Below, one piece after another: positions 63,481 through 64,000 of a DNA stretch of 64,000 nucleotides (within the stretch, counting starts at the first letter, position 1; each line of letters starts with the position of its first letter). Made by a program: the position numbers and the translations under genes. The DNA comes from Candidatus Dormiibacterota bacterium (lineage in GTDB: Bacteria; Acidobacteriota; Terriglobia; Acidiferrales; UBA7541), in the NCBI GenBank assembly GCA_035534415.1, contig DATLSB010000164.1, positions 445 through 64,444 of the forward strand, given 5' to 3'. The notes under the pieces are model-generated. The model did not search any database. It saw only the letters and a program-made list of their open reading frames with translations, and was not told the origin of the DNA.

Positions 63481-63487
63481 GCGTGAT

Positions 63488-64000
63488 TCACCGAACGGAA
63501 AACGCCAGCAGCACATTTCCGGGCTTTCCTCCGCCCACGTTCGCGTAGCCCGAGCCGACGAAAACCATTCCGTTCACTACCACCGCACCCGGACCGCCCA
63601 TCGAGCCACCCTTCGCCGCAACTCCGTTCACAGTTTTGAAATTTTGCTCGGTGTTGAATTGCCAGAGCACTTTCCCATCTGCCGTCGCAAGCGCGCGGAT
63701 CAAGCCGTCCCATCCTTCAGTGAACACAGCGCCGGGAATCAGCATCGCCGCCGCCGATTGGCCGAAGCGCAATCCCGCCTTGGTGCGATTCTCTCCATTC
63801 GGTGTTTTGGCACCCAAATCGCTCAGCGGCTGCAGCCTCACGTCCCACAAGACCTTGCCACTCGATGGATCGAGCGCCACGAATCTCCCATCTTCCAGCG
63901 GCACGTAAAACGCGTCCGCATCGGCTGCGCCTCCGAAAGCGATCTCGCCATTATTCGGAGCAACGGTGTTGATCAAAGGCAGCTTCCAAAGCAGCGCGCC
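63488..64000 (-). CDS. PQQ-dependent (quinoprotein) dehydrogenase, C-terminal part; 5' end lies outside the window
   Basis: Beta-propeller repeats ...ALDPSSGKVLWDVRL..., ...ALATADGKVLWQFN..., ...VVVNGMVFVGSGY.... The frame is open to the window edge. Confidence 0.8.
   Translation of the reverse strand, partial: GALLWKLPLINTVAPNNGEIAFGGAADADAFYVPLEDGRFVALDPSSGKVLWDVRLQPLSDLGAKTPNGENRTKAGLRFGQSAAAMLIPGAVFTEGWDGLIRALATADGKVLWQFNTEQNFKTVNGVAAKGGSMGGPGAVVVNGMVFVGSGYANVGGGKPGNVLLAFSVR

Noticed and set aside
1-64000. CRISPR arrays, rRNA genes, IS transposases, prophage structural genes
   Set aside because: I saw no regularly spaced short repeats, no rRNA-like segments and no DDE/IS-type or phage structural ORFs. 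The only mobile-element signatures are the recombinase trio and the tRNA fragment.

Overview
High-GC (roughly 60%) bacterial chromosomal window. Gene content suggests Acidobacteriota, but this is inference only. All family assignments come from reading motifs by eye, not from database searches.

The left ~12.4 kb looks accessory:
- A recombinase-in-trio (RIT) element of three overlapping tyrosine recombinases. The third runs off the left edge and is absent from the ORF track. The element sits against, and apparently truncates, a beta-class DNA methyltransferase.
- An XRE regulator.
- A Sec-signal RHS/YD-repeat polymorphic-toxin operon with an unrecognised C-terminal domain.
- A 28/30-nt direct repeat bracketing the toxin-tip cassette, followed by ~0.6 kb of apparently decayed non-coding DNA.
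- A 45-nt 3' half of an initiator tRNA-fMet, which looks like an att-type island boundary.

The rest of the window, in order:
- ArsR-DabA-DabB plus a second antiporter-like subunit (a DAB-type inorganic-carbon pump variant).
- An RND efflux operon.
- An ArsR / TolC / HlyD / fused ABC ATPase / two ABC-2 permease operon.
- A small block of decayed genes.
- A DyP peroxidase / family-1 encapsulin pair.
- An 11-kb minus-strand array: unknown protein, TonB-dependent receptor, YfiR-like protein, hybrid histidine kinase, two response regulators (one REC-PAS-GGDEF-EAL, FimX-like), a methyltransferase, PilZ and PilT.
- Assorted catabolic genes.
- A seven-gene cluster of secreted and membrane proteins of unknown function, including four tandem paralogous 4-TM proteins.
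- A gluconate-2-dehydrogenase-like set and a partial PQQ dehydrogenase.

No rRNA, no intact tRNA and no CRISPR array were seen.
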